The notes below the pieces were generated by a model. It was not told where the DNA came from. It worked only from the letters and a program-made list of their open reading frames with translations, and ran no database searches. A stretch of DNA of 64,000 nt from Octopus sinensis (taxonomy: Eukaryota), in NCBI RefSeq assembly GCF_006345805.1, contig NC_043013.1, positions 52,018,001 through 52,082,000 of the forward strand, given 5' to 3'. Positions 24,962 to 37,630 of this stretch are shown here, piece by piece. The first letter of the stretch is position 1, and every line of letters begins with the position of its first letter. The position numbers and the translations under genes were made by a program.

Positions 24962-25507
24962 CATGCACACACGTCTTAGTACTCTGTCTTGGTACTCAAT
25001 GAGTACGTTTGCACATACATACCACGTAAGCATACATTTTATACATTCACACACACACACACACACGACTCTGTACTCTGAGCACGTTTATATAGGCATA
25101 CCACGTAAGCGTATAGCCTATGTATACATATATATATATATATTGGTATATATTTACATACAAGCACTTATTTACCCCGACACATTCATCTTCGTACTGT
25201 TTACATACTTAACACATATTCTGTAAACATACAAGGACGCATTTAGACGGATTTATCCCGCCACCTTACACGCGCGAACACACACACACACACACATAGT
25301 AAGGCAAAAAATAAATGCTCTTCCGCTATTTTCAACGGTGTATTCCAGTTATTCCGTCAATAGAACTAGCTGCCAATTTTATTATACTGTCAGTGGTTGA
25401 GTATTCCGTTAACAAAAATAACCTTAGGCTGGGTTCAGAGTGACAGGCTGACCTTTGACACACAGACATATTCTTTTTAGGTTACAAACGAGAGAAAGAG
25501 TATTTAA

Positions 25508-25684
25508 TAGGTGCAGGAGTGGCTGTGTGGTAAGAATTTTGCTTCCCAACCACATGGTTCCAGGTTCAGTCCTACTGCCTGGCACTTTGGGCAAGTATCT
25601 TCTGCTATAGCCTCATGCCGATCAAAGCCTTCTGAATGGATTTGGCAGATAGAAACTGAAAGAAGCCCATCATTTATGTGTGTG

Positions 25685-25740
<56 letters not shown>

Positions 25741-25905
25741 CACAGGAATGGCTGTTTGGTAAGTAGCTTGCTTACCAACCACATGGTTCTGGGTTCAGTC
25801 CCACTGCATGGCACCATGGGTAAGTGTCTCCTACCATAGCCTCGGGCCAACAAAAATCTTGTGAGTGGATTTGGTAGACAGAAACTGAAAGAAGCCCATC
25901 GTATA
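25508..25905 (+). mobile_element. Two tandem SINE family A heads separated by (TA)n
   Basis: 25508-25675 and 25738-25905. Confidence 0.85.
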
Positions 25906-26802
25906 TATGTGTGTGTATATGTATATATATATATATGTAAAAAAATACAAACTGGGACAAGAACGCAAAACATTTAGAAGACAATACAAAAAACACGGAC
26001 GGAACATTTGAAGCCTTCAATCTTCAGTCAAGAACCGGATCATCCTCGCAATTTTGGCTGATTAATCTTGAGATCGCTCCGATCCGGCCAGCTCCAAGGA
26101 AAAACTAAGCTACGAGCATTAGATTTCTTGGAAAAAGGATCGAATGTATACGAAACAAGGACAGAAAAACAGACGATGCCACACAAATATAAATACAAAA
26201 AACAATAATAGTAATAACAGGACAAAAACAACGGGTGTCTTACGACTATAGACAGTACAACTTAGTTTAGCTGGCGTATTTGGAAAAAAATGCCTTTTTT
26301 GGCAGACGAAGACAAAGATGTCCTCATGGCAGTGGTCAGAAGCCGAAAAGCTGGTTGACCAGCGGTCACACGAGAGGAGGAGAGAGAGAGAAAAAAAAGG
26401 GGGGCAAAGGAATCAAAGAGAGAGAGAAAAAGAGGGACAAGTCACCAAAGGGGCGGGGGAGAAGAGAGAGAAAGAAGGAATTAAAGAGGGGAGAAGAAAG
26501 AGAGCGTGCCAAGGATTGGCTTGGCGACAGAATCAGTGAGGTGCAAAGTGAGAAAGACAGAGAAATGTGAGAGAGTGATATATATATATATATTTGTGTG
26601 TCTGTGTTTGTTTGTCCCTCCACCATCACCTGACAAATGATGTTGGTGTGTTTACGTCCCTGTAACTTAGCGGTTCGGCAAAAGAGACTGATAGAATAAT
26701 TAGGAGGCTTACAAAGAAGAAGTCCTTGGGTCAATTTGTTCAACTAAAGGTGGTGCTCCAGCATGACCACAGTCAAATAAATGAAACAAGTAAATGAATA
26801 CA

Positions 26803-27945
26803 TACAGTGTGTGTAAGATATTTGAGGACAGATTTCTGTTTATAAAACCAAAAACATATATAAGAACATAACTTTATTTATCAAAAAAGGCTCTGAGGAT
26901 AAAAATAAAGATTCTTTTCTATAATGTTATTGAAAAAAGCCACCTTCAGCTTCAACAACTGCTTCCATATCAGATCTAAATCCTTTACTTGCTCGAATCA
27001 AGTGGTCCTGGTTCATTTTGGACATTACTCTGACTATGGCAGCTTTCAAAGGATCTTTAGTGTTATGGGTGTGTTTATTGACCTCTATCTCAACAACACT
27101 CCACATGTGATAGTCCAATGGATTGAGATCTGGCGAATTAGAAGGCCAAATTTTAGGGGTTATTTGATGATGAAAATTTTCAGCCATTCATTCCTGTGTT
27201 ACTAGAGCCATGTGTCATATTGCAGAGTCTTACTGAAACACATGTGGCTTTCCACTGCATACACTGTCTATCCAGGGCTTAACAATTATTTCCAGGACCT
27301 CAATGTAGGTGGCAGAATTAACTCTAAGGCCTTGTGGAAAGAAGTAAGGAGGCACCACATGTCCTTCATTGCTGACAACCCCTAAAACTATGACAGTTGC
27401 AGGAAATTTTGTATGCATAACACTTGAAACTTCAGAAGGGTCTGCACATAACCATCTGTCATTTCTTCTGGTAACTTTTTGATCTTGGTTGAAGTTTTTC
27501 TCGTTTGAGAAAAACCAAATCAAATCTTCTGCTGGATTTTTCATTTTGTTTTACGAGCCATTTAGATCTCATGTAGTGATTTTCTTTTGCTTTTTCTGAC
27601 AAATTGATCTTTCCTCATCATATAAGACTTATTATTTGATGACTTTGTGGACAACATTTCTGAATGTCCCTTCTGAAACATGGAGATCTTCTGCAATTGA
27701 CCTCATAGACTTTCTGGGATTGTAATCAAAGGTCTGTTGAACTTCCTAGATAAATTCAGGTGTTCTGATTATTTGAGAGCATTTAGAATGCTTTTTATGC
27801 TTTGATACTGATCATACGTTTCCATCTTCAGTCTCTAACTCCTTACAAACTTTGTGGATGAAAGATCTGGAAACTTTTAAAAATCGAGATATTTCTAAAT
27901 CACTATGCTCAGCCTTTATAACCGCAATAACTACATGCCTCTTCA
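26803..27945 (-). mobile_element. maT-family (DD37D) Tc1/mariner transposon, decayed
   Basis: WFFSNEKNF...FQ*DSA...WPSNSPDLNPLDY with 37 codons between the last two Asp; TA+CAGTGTGTG terminus at 26803; N-terminal HTH-like ORF at 27812-27945. Confidence 0.9.
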
Positions 27946-28004
27946 TATATATATATATATATATATGTGTGAGTGCGTGTGCGTGTGTATACATATATAT
28001 ATGC

Positions 28005-28046
<42 letters not shown>

Positions 28047-28194
28047 ATATATATATACATATATATATACATACATATATATATATATATATAATATATA
28101 TATATATATATACATATATATACTCACACACACACACATATATATATACATATACATATATATATGTATATATATATATACACATATATATAGG

Positions 28195-28545
28195 TGGAGG
28201 AGTGGCTGTATGGTAAGTAGCTTGCTTCCTAACCACATGGTTCTGAGGTTCAGTCCCACTGCGTGGCACCCTGGGCAAGTGTCTTCTACTATAATCTCAG
28301 GCTGACCAAAGCCTTGTGAGTGGATTTGGTAGATGGAAACTGAAAGAAGCCCATGTATGTGTGTGTGTATGTATGCTTGTATTTCAGTGTTTGTCCTCCC
28401 ACCAACATCGCTTGACAACCGATGCTGATGTGTTTATGTCCCTGTAACTTAGCAGTTCGGCAGAAGAGACTGATAGAATAAGTACAAAGAATAATTACTG
28501 GGGTCAATTTGTTTGACTGAAACAAGTAAAAGAATAAAAGAATAA
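28195..28545 (+). mobile_element. Composite SINE family A
   Basis: Similar to 1225-1779. Confidence 0.85.
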
Positions 28546-28845
28546 AAAAAATATATAGTGGGTGTAGCTGTTAGTGCAAGCATAGAATCAACAGGCACCA
28601 AGTTAAAGCTGAGATGTACAACATTGTAACCTTCCCCTCTATATACAGGCCTGGGCAAGGTTTCTTCCTTTGTAGAAGACTCCCAGTTCCTCATGAATTC
28701 AAGTCCCCCACCCACCCGTTATTCCACCAATGTCATTCAGAATAGAAAAGTTATTTTTTTTAAAAGACCAATACAGTTTGGTGCCAGGATCGTTTCAGGT
28801 TTTACTTTTCCTACGCAAAGGACTGAGAGTAATACCTACCTCAAA

Positions 28846-29095
28846 GTATTTATTTCTTTATTGCCCACAGGGGGTGGGGGTGGGGGCTAAACACAGAGGA
28901 CAAACAAGGACAGATAAAGGGATTATGTCGATTACATCGACACCAGTGCGTAACTGGTACTTATTTAATCGACCCCGAAAGGATGAAAGGTAAAGTCGAC
29001 CTCAGCAGAGTTTGAACTCAGAATGTAACTGCGGACGAAATATGGCTAAGCATTTTGCCCAGCGTGCTAATGTTTCTGCCATCTCACTACCTTAT
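28846..29095 (-). mobile_element. SINE family B
   Basis: Reverse complement of 29644-29860; other copies at 37295-37470, 52930-53095, 53415-53645, 63310-63545 and 63770-63960. Confidence 0.85.
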
Positions 29096-29643
29096 TTCAA
29101 AGTAGTGCCTGTTCTTTGTTGGCTCCGATCCACCTCCCTGGTGTCACGTAAAAAGCACATGTGCCACCGCTGCATAAGAGGCACTGGTGGCTGCATCATG
29201 TAGGAAGCACCTGCGCTGGTGCCACATAAAAACGCCCAGTACACTCTGTAAAGTGGTTGGCATTTGGAAGGGCATCCTACCATAGAAACCATGCCAAACA
29301 GACATGGAGCATGGCCTGTGCCTGTCAAACTGTCCAACCCATGCCAGTGTGGAAAACAGATGTTAAATGATGATGATATTGGTCTTGGTGAGGTTTGAAC
29401 TCAGAGCAGAGAGAGTCTGAACAAATATCACAGTTTAATGTTCTTATGTCCTAACAACTCCAAAAAGGAATCACATCATTAGAATCTAGGTGCAGCAACA
29501 CATAGAAAGCCTGAACTGGTTTGGTACCATGACATTGGGTTCACAGTGAGGTACAAACAACCATGAGGTATCATGTGCTGGTAGTATACCACAGGGGATG
29601 TATAAATGTACATACTAAATCTAACATAAACTGTAGATAAAGT

Positions 29644-29860
29644 GGCGAGCTGGCAGAAGCGTTAGCACGCCGGGCGAAATGCTTAGTGGTAATTCATCTG
29701 CCGTTACATTCTGAGTTCAAATCCCGCCGAGCTCGACTTTGCCTTTCATCCTTTCGGGGTCGATAAATTAAGTACCAGTTATGCACTGGGGTTGATGTAA
29801 TCGACTTAATCCCTTTGTTTGTCCCCTCTATGTTTAGCCCCTTGTGGGCAATAAAGAAAT
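29644..29860 (+). mobile_element. SINE family B
   Basis: GGCGAGCTGGCAGAAGCGTTAGC..GAGTTCAAATCCC (tRNA-like boxes)..TAAAGAAAT. Confidence 0.85.
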
Positions 29861-30388
29861 AATAAACTGTAGATACGACACACAGTTGATTCCAGGTGTG
29901 GGATAAGTATTAAAAGAACAGAAATAGGCTTTAAATTTACTCCAGCTGTTTATAGGAAGATATCTTCCTATCAGTGTTTTAGTTAGTCCACTTGTTTCCT
30001 GGCACTCCCTCACAGCAAGCTATGGCTATAAGTTAATAAAAATAACTGCTTGAAATAAAAAGGTTAGTTTGACCTCTTTGCTCTTCAAATGTTTGTCATA
30101 CTTCTGATTCCTCTATGTATTTGAAAGCTCTTTTTTAAAATATCATTTATCTATCCTGTTGTTTGTTGGGTAGGACATCATTGATGTTTTACCATGTCTG
30201 TTTCTAACTGTTTAAAATTTTACCTGAGGATGGTGGATTGTATGCTGTGATGTAATCTATGATGAACGTATCAATAAAATTCTGAAACAGCTGTAAATTT
30301 TAAGCCCCATGTTACATACATACGTATGTATTCATGTATATGTATTTACATATACATTATATACATAGATATACATACATAAATACAT

Positions 30389-30423
<35 letters not shown>

Positions 30424-30427
<4 letters not shown>

Positions 30428-31536
30428 ATCATCGTTTAATGTCTGTTTTCCATGCTGACATCGGTTGGACGGTTCAACTAGAGTCTGGGCAGCCAGGAGG
30501 CTGCACCAGGCCCCAATCTGATCTGGCAGTGTTTCTTCAGCTGGATGCCCTTCCTTATGCCAATCACTCTGAGGGTGTAGTGGGTGCTTCTTATGTGCCA
30601 TTAGCACAGAGCTCAGAGGAGCTGGCATCAACCACAATCAGATAGTGCTTTTTACATGCCACTGGCATGGAAGCCAGGTATATATATATATATATATATA
30701 CATACATCTAATGTGTGTAATGCAAATATACATATATCATCATCATCATCATCGTTTAACGTCCGTTCTCCATGCTAGCATGGGTTGGACGGTTCGACCG
30801 GGGATCTGGGCAGCCAGAAGGCTCCACCAGGCTCCAGTCTGATCTGGCAGTGTTTCTACAGCTGGATGCCCTTCCTAACGCCAACCACTCCGTGAGTGTA
30901 GTGGGTGCTTTTTACGTGCCACCTGCACAGGTGCCAGGCGAGGCTGGCAACGGCCACTATCGGATTGGTGCATTTTACGTGCCACCGGCACAGAAGCCAG
31001 TTGAGGCGGCACTGGCATCGGCCATGATTCTGATGGTGCTTTTTACATGCCACCGGCATGGAAGCCAGTCGAGGCGACGCTGGCATCGGCCACGATTCAG
31101 ATAGCGCTTTTTACGTACCACCAGTCCAGGGGTCCTGGCAACTGCCGGGTGCCAGTCATAGGATTGGTTCAATTTCGATTCCGATTTCGATTTCACTTGC
31201 CCCAACAGGTCTTTGCAAGCAGAGAAGGGCATGGGTGCCTGTCTTCGGATGAGGTTCGATTTCGACTTCGCTTGCCTCAACAGGTCTTTGTGTGTCCAAG
31301 AGAGGAAAGACATGCATAAGTGGGCTGGACTCACTTGTCCTGCCTGGTCTTCTCACGCACAGAATATTTCCAAAGGTCTCGGTTGCTGGTCATTGCCTCG
31401 GTGAGGCCTAAAGATCGAAGGTCGTGCTTCACCACCTCGTCCCAGGTTTTCCTGGGTCTACCTCTTCCACGGGTTCCCTCAACTGCTAGGGATTGGCACT
31501 TTTTCACACACCTATCTTCATCCATTCTCGCCACAT
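30424..31536 (-). mobile_element. RTE-clade LINE 3' end (30735-31536) plus a second 3' tail (30424-30680)
   Basis: ORF 31331-31534 ..GRGRPRKTWDEVVKHDL..MTSNRDLWK..; 3'UTR with GGCACGTAAAAAGCAC modules; (ATG)n tails. Confidence 0.85.
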
Positions 31537-32309
31537 ATATATATTATTTTTTTGAAGAAAAATTGTCTTGAATTGAAAATGATATTCAAAAGATTAAAAA
31601 GAAAGACACAAACCTTTTGGAAGGATGTTTTTGTATTGTGTTGAGCACACCAGCACCAAAGTGGTTGTCATGTGCTGAGGAAGAAGAGTCTCTAGAAACC
31701 TTCTCTCAACCATATGCAGTCATATGGGGAACTATGTAGAATATTCTTTCTCAGACATGGAACAATTTTATGGATATGGAGTCAAGAACATGAAAGGAGA
31801 TTATGATGATTTGACTCAAAGAAATCAATGCTAAGCTGGAATCCAAAGTAACATATCAGAATCTGAAAGTGCTAGGGTGTTTCTTGATCCCTTATTGGAG
31901 GACTTATGGTTGGGGAGCAAGGTTCTTCGACACCTATACCCCACTTCTTTTCTACTTACTGGAAACTCTAATCTTTGCTAAGTTTACTTTGAGGCCTCTC
32001 AATTCCTGGTTTGACTTCCATGAGTGGAATTTCTTCTCAGAAATTAGTCATCAGAAGTTGTCATGGACAGCAGCTTGTCTTAACTGCTTCTGTTATGGCC
32101 TGAAGGACCATGATAAACAGGAGAGGGCTGATGACTGATCCTTGGTGGACTCCTACTTGTATGCTAAATGTATAATACATATTTATACAGGAGGATTGAA
32201 AAGTCCTTTCAGTTTTAAAATAAACTGGATAAGAATTGAGGTCAGATGAGTGCTTTCATCATCAACTTCATCATCATTTACTGATGAATAAGTCGTTACT
32301 TTATACTTG

Positions 32310-32700
32310 ACTAGCAGTATCGCCCGGCGTTGCTCGGGTTTGTTTCGACCCTTTAGAATTGGAATTTTTGAAAAGTAAAACTTTTGCATTTTGTAGTTTG
32401 CTATTCTCTTTAAGTGAACATTTTTCTGGTTGAAATACACCGGAAAATGGCGACACAGCAGTCAAAAAATTGTAAAAAATAGGGATTTTCATAGAAAAAA
32501 AGCATGTTTTTGATGTAAATAGTTTTTGGTCTTAACATGGTCCGATTTGAATTTTTTCTTCTACGGAAGGAAGAGCAAGCCTTCTATCATACTCTCAATT
32601 TTGGTCAACTTGCGCCGCAGGGTCTCGGAGGAGATAGTGTTAGTTGAAGGCTACCAAACCTGCCATACACAGACAACTTCAGTTTTATATATAGAGAGAT
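32310..32700 (+). mobile_element. Non-autonomous Helitron/Helentron-like element
   Basis: 5' ACTAGCAG with CCCGGCGTTGCTCGGG hairpin and 3' TTTTATATATAGAGAGAT, termini typical of HINE/Lep1-like elements. Confidence 0.6.
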
Positions 32701-33436
32701 TTGTGACAGAAAAATCCGGGGACTTGTGACTTACACACAGGACAAATCTACAAGTATGAAGGGGGAAAAAATTTGTATGCAGATTTAACACTAAGTGAGG
32801 AATATGGCTTTATATACTTGAATAAATTCAGTACTCATTGTCTTTCCCTCTCTCTTCTCTCTCTCTCTCTCTGACATCTTCCACCTCCTCTCAGCTTTCA
32901 TTAAATCTCCTTCTGGTCCCAGTTCCTCTGATCACAGATATGGCCCAGGGCTTCCAGGATAGCTATTCATGTTGCCAGCTGCCTGAATCACTTCAGTCTA
33001 TTAAACTAGGTATGTCCCGACTATAGAACAGGAATTACCATTATATTGTGCTGTTTTTAGAACAATATTATCTCAGTTTCCTGATAATGTCATTTTCCTA
33101 AAATATATATAACAACATTTATTTATTCCAAAAATATTCACAAAAAATAGTGAAAAATAATATCAAAAATATATTAAAAAAAACAGTTGTAATAAAATTA
33201 AAAAAATTTTTATATCTAAATGCTAAAGGGACTTCTGCATCAGTATGTATGTGCATGATGCATATATACACATGTATATATATATATACATATACATATA
33301 TACATATATATATGCCGAAATTTGCTATGATGATTCGGTGTCTGACTGAAGATTGAAGGCTTCGAATGATTTGTCTGTGTTCCGTGTTCGTCCCTTCCTG
33401 TATTTCACGTTCATTATATATAAAAACATTCATTCT

Positions 33437-33470
<34 letters not shown>

Positions 33471-33567
33471 TTTAGTTACATATGTACACACATTTACCCA
33501 TACATACCATCACCTTCTATATATACATCTATGAAAATATGTATGTGTATATATATATATATATATA

Positions 33568-33903
33568 TGGTGCATGGCTCAGTGGTTAGAGCGTCGAGCT
33601 TACGATCGTGAGGTTGTGAGCTCGAATCCCGGACCGGGCTGCGTGTTGTGTTCTTGAGCAAGACACTTTATTTCACGTTGCTCCAGTTCACTCAGCTGTA
33701 GAAATGAGTTGCGACGTCACTGGTGCCAAGCTGTATCGACCTTTGTCTTTCCCTTGGATAACACTGGTGGCGTGGAGAGGGGAGGCCGGTATGCATGGGC
33801 GACTGCTGGTCTTCCATAAAACAACCTTGCCCAGACTTGTGCCTCAGAGGGTAACTCTCTAGGTGCAAACACATGGTCACTCATGACCGAAGGGGGTCTT
33901 TAC
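33568..33903 (+). mobile_element. tRNA-derived SINE family C
   Basis: TGGCTCAGTGG box A and GCTCGAATCCC box B; other copies at 43740-43955, 44460-44675 and 57320-57650 (-). Confidence 0.85.
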
Positions 33904-33994
33904 CCCTTTATATATATGATGTATACACATATTTTCATATTTATAAATATCTACACATACTTTCGTATATTTGCTTGTCTGTAGTTGTCTATTT

Positions 33995-34080
33995 GTTTGT
34001 CTGTCTGTCAGTCTGCCTGTCTATCTATCTATCTATCTTTCTATCTATCTATCTATCTGTCTGTCTGTCTATCTATCTGT

Positions 34081-34173
<93 letters not shown>

Positions 34174-34215
34174 GCCAGCTATCTGTCAGTCTATCTTTCT
34201 ATCTGTCTATAGATG
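33995..34215. repeat. (TCTA/TCTG)n tetranucleotide repeat
   Basis: Direct inspection. Confidence 0.9.
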
Positions 34216-35213
34216 AATATATATATATTTACATACATATTTACATATATATATATACATACACACACACACACACGTCTGTAGGTATTTATCTACTTTC
34301 AGTGCCAAGTGTGGCACTTATTGTGATAGTCATACGAAAAGTGGAGGGACAAGGCGGTAGTGGTGGTAGTGGTGGTGGTGGTGGTGGTGGTGTTGGTGCA
34401 ACTGATCTCTTAAACCTATAAAACAGATCGATAATCCTCTTTTTCTTTTTCTTCATCTCCTTCCTCCATCCACACTTCCTCTTCTTTCACTCTCTCTCAT
34501 TCTTTGATCTCTCCTTTTTTTCTTTTACTTTTTTCTTACTCTCCTTTGTTGGATGAGATGTTTGTTTTTTTTTTCTTTTAGTGTTTTTTACTAATTCGTG
34601 TTGTTTTTTATTGTGTTTTTCTTAACGTAATTTGTCATCTTAGAAATGTCCGTGTTACTGATATGATGGTGGTGGTGGTGGTGGTGACAGCTATAAGGAT
34701 GGCATAGTTGACATCGACAGCAGCAGTAGTAGTAACAGCAGCAGCAGCAGGAGCAGCAACAGCTGTCAATATGTTAAGGTCATCTAGTTTCGAGTACAGA
34801 GGTGAAGGTCATAGAGCACTTAAGTTTTAACTTAATTGCACTGATGCTGTAGCCACCATTACCACCACCAGCATCATCACCATTGCTGCCACTGTCATAA
34901 CCATTGCTGCCATCGACACCACCACCACCACTACCACCACCACCACCATAACCACCATGACGTTAAAAAAACTCTGGGATAGAAAATGTTGAAGGTTGTG
35001 TGTCGGACTTTTTAACCCAATATTTATATACTATCATTTATAGCTCTATCCACTTCAAGTTCCACCATTAAAATGAATTATTTCCTGTCTTGAAGTTTCT
35101 AAATTCTTATAATGTAAACAATAATGTAAACAGCAGTGGTGCCCCAGCATGGCCGCGGCCTTCGGGCTAAAACATTTTTAAGGATTTAATATAATATATA
35201 TATATATATATGT

Positions 35214-35470
35214 ATCATCATCATCATCGTTGTTGTTTAACGTCCACTTTCCGTGCAGGCATGGGTTGGACGGTTTGACTGACGACTGGCAAGTTGGGTG
35301 CACCAGGCTCCAATCAGATCTGGCAGAGTTTCTACATCTGGATGCCCTTCCTAATACCAACCACTCCGAGAGTGTAGTGGGTGCTTTTTACGTGCCACCA
35401 GTACGAGGGCCACTCAGGTGGTACTGGCATCAACCATGCTTGAATGGTGCTTTTTATGTGCCACCAGCAC
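35214..35470 (-). mobile_element. RTE-type 3' tail
   Basis: Same family as 30424-30680. Confidence 0.8.
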
Positions 35471-35472
35471 CA

Positions 35473-35677
35473 GGGGAAGGCCAGTTTATGGAATTACCCT
35501 GGGTTTCCTGTCCATAAAGGGTTTAACTTTATGGCGTATCTTCAAAAGCTGTTGGCCTAAGACCATATTTTGAAGAGGTCTTAGGCCAACAGGTTTTGGG
35601 GTCCGATGATACACCATAAAGTTAAAAACTCCTTATGGACAGGAAACCCTAGGTAATCCCATAAACTATCCTTCCCC
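35473..35677. mobile_element. Foldback MITE, palindromic over nearly its full length
   Basis: GGGGAAGG..AGTTTATGG.ATTACC / GGTAAT.CCATAAACT..CCTTCCCC; central perfect 16-bp arms at 35549-35564 and 35577-35592. Confidence 0.85.
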
Positions 35678-36354
35678 AGTAATATATATATATATTATCA
35701 TTATCATCATTGTTTAACATCTGCCTTCTATACTGGCATGGGTTGGTTGCTTTGACAGGAGAGGCTGGCCAAGCAGTAGACTGCACCCGACTTCTATGTC
35801 TGTTTTGGCATGGTTTTTACGGCTGGATGCCCTTCATAACATCAGCCACCCAGCCAGAGTGGACTGAGTGCTTGTGTGTGTTTCCTTTTGTCTTGACATC
35901 ATATGACAGTTGTAAACAAGTGTCCTGTCATACAAGCAGTGTTGTTCATTGCTAATCCTCAATGAAAATATATCTTATTAATGAAAATATGTCAATATTA
36001 CCTTGCTTGGAAAGAAGTGAAGGATTGGCAACAAGAAGAAGAGCATTTAGCTGTAGATATTCTTCCTTAACAAATCCCATCGGACCCATTCAAGCATGGA
36101 AAAGGGAAAGTTAAAACTGATGATGATGCTGATGGTTTGTATGTAATAAATTAGCAGTGTCACCTGTTGTAGAATGACAAGAGATTATCAATGGAATGAG
36201 AATGATCTACCTGTAGATTTGATATAACAGTCATTTCCAAACTCCAAGAATTTTACCAAATATGACCGGCACCTAAAGAAGGCTGGCAGGTATAATGGCT
36301 GACTGCAATGTTGTGACTATGACAACCAAGATAAAGACGTTAGTCCAAATATAA

Positions 36355-36680
36355 CTGCTGGTGCCATGTAAAAAGCACTAGTGCTGGTGTCACGTAAAAA
36401 GTACTGGTGCTGGTGACATGTAAAACGCATTGGTGCTGGTGTCACGTAAAAAGCACTAGTATTGGTGCCACGTAAAAAGCACAGGTGCATGTGCCACATA
36501 AAAAGTACCCAAACCACTCTGTAAATTGGTTGGCATTGGGAAGGGCATCCAGCTGTAGACACCATGCCAATTGGATCCTGGTGCACTGGTGCAGCTCTCT
36601 GGCTTGCTAGCTTTTGTCAAACCATCCAACCCATGCCAGCATGGAAAACTGATGGTAAATGATGATGATGATGATGATGG
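36355..36680 (+). mobile_element. RTE-type 3' tail starting with six 26-bp units
   Basis: GTGCTGGTGYCACGTAAAAAGCACTA-like units at 36381, 36407, 36433, 36459 and 36485. Confidence 0.8.
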
Positions 36681-37630
36681 TAGAAGGCTCCTTGCTGGCC
36701 TCATGCTAATAATTTCATCTGGACTTCAGTTTGTCATTCTCAAGTGGCAACTTTCAAAGACGCAATCAAGGATGCAGTCGATGTGACTATAACAACCAAG
36801 ATGAGTCTGACTATAACACTGTTTAATAACAGTTATTATGAGACTACAAGCTCTGGCCATTTCATGTGGATTCTTCTACCATTTTGTTTTGGTATGGAAA
36901 ATGGACAGCTTTCCTCTTCTGTCTAGTGACTATGGCAACGTAATTTGTATTGTTGATTGGGGCTGAGAGGTTTGCAGGAGACACTTTACTTCTTCTAGAA
37001 CAGTAATTCTCAACCATTTATTGCCCATAAGCACGTGCTTGTAGTTTGGAAAACAACAGTTAAGTACAGGCTTGTGCCCTTCGTATCTAGGGAGCTGAAA
37101 ACTGCCCTCTATCAGGAGGACGGTGTCATCCATCTATTCATGTATTCTGTATACTGTGTATACTTTTATTTCGTCTCACCTCCTCTTCCTTTCCATTTTT
37201 CCTCTTTACACAAATCATAAACTTCCTTTGTAATGTTCCCCTTATCTAAAGGCCCTGTGGTGAATAAAAGAAATCATTATTATTATTAATGATGCCACAG
37301 AGGTGGCGACTGGCAGAATCCTTATTATGTTGGACGAAATGCTTAGCAGTATTTTGCCTGTCACTACATTCCGAGTTCAAAATTCCACCGAGGTCAGCTT
37401 TGCCTTTCATTCTTTCGGGGTGGACAAATTAAGTACCAGTGAAACACTGGGGTCGATTAAATTGACCAGTCCCCGAGGATTATTAATGGTACCACATATA
37501 AAGCACTAAGCACATGGGCTAGTGCTGCATAAAAAGCACCTAGTACACTCTGTGGAGTGGTTGGTGTTAGGAAGAGCATCCAGCTGTAGAAACCAACCCA
37601 AAAAAGACTATGGAACCTGGTGTGGCTCCA

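Noticed and set aside
31820-32138. ~105-codon open stretch as a host exon
   Set aside because: No recognisable motif or convincing splice sites; cannot be assigned without a search
33568-33650. tRNA genes (here and at other box A/B heads)
   Set aside because: They run straight into SINE bodies and lack a complete acceptor stem
36930-37133. MDDTVLL as an RT YADD-like motif
   Set aside because: Preceded by a stop codon and no other RT motifs nearby
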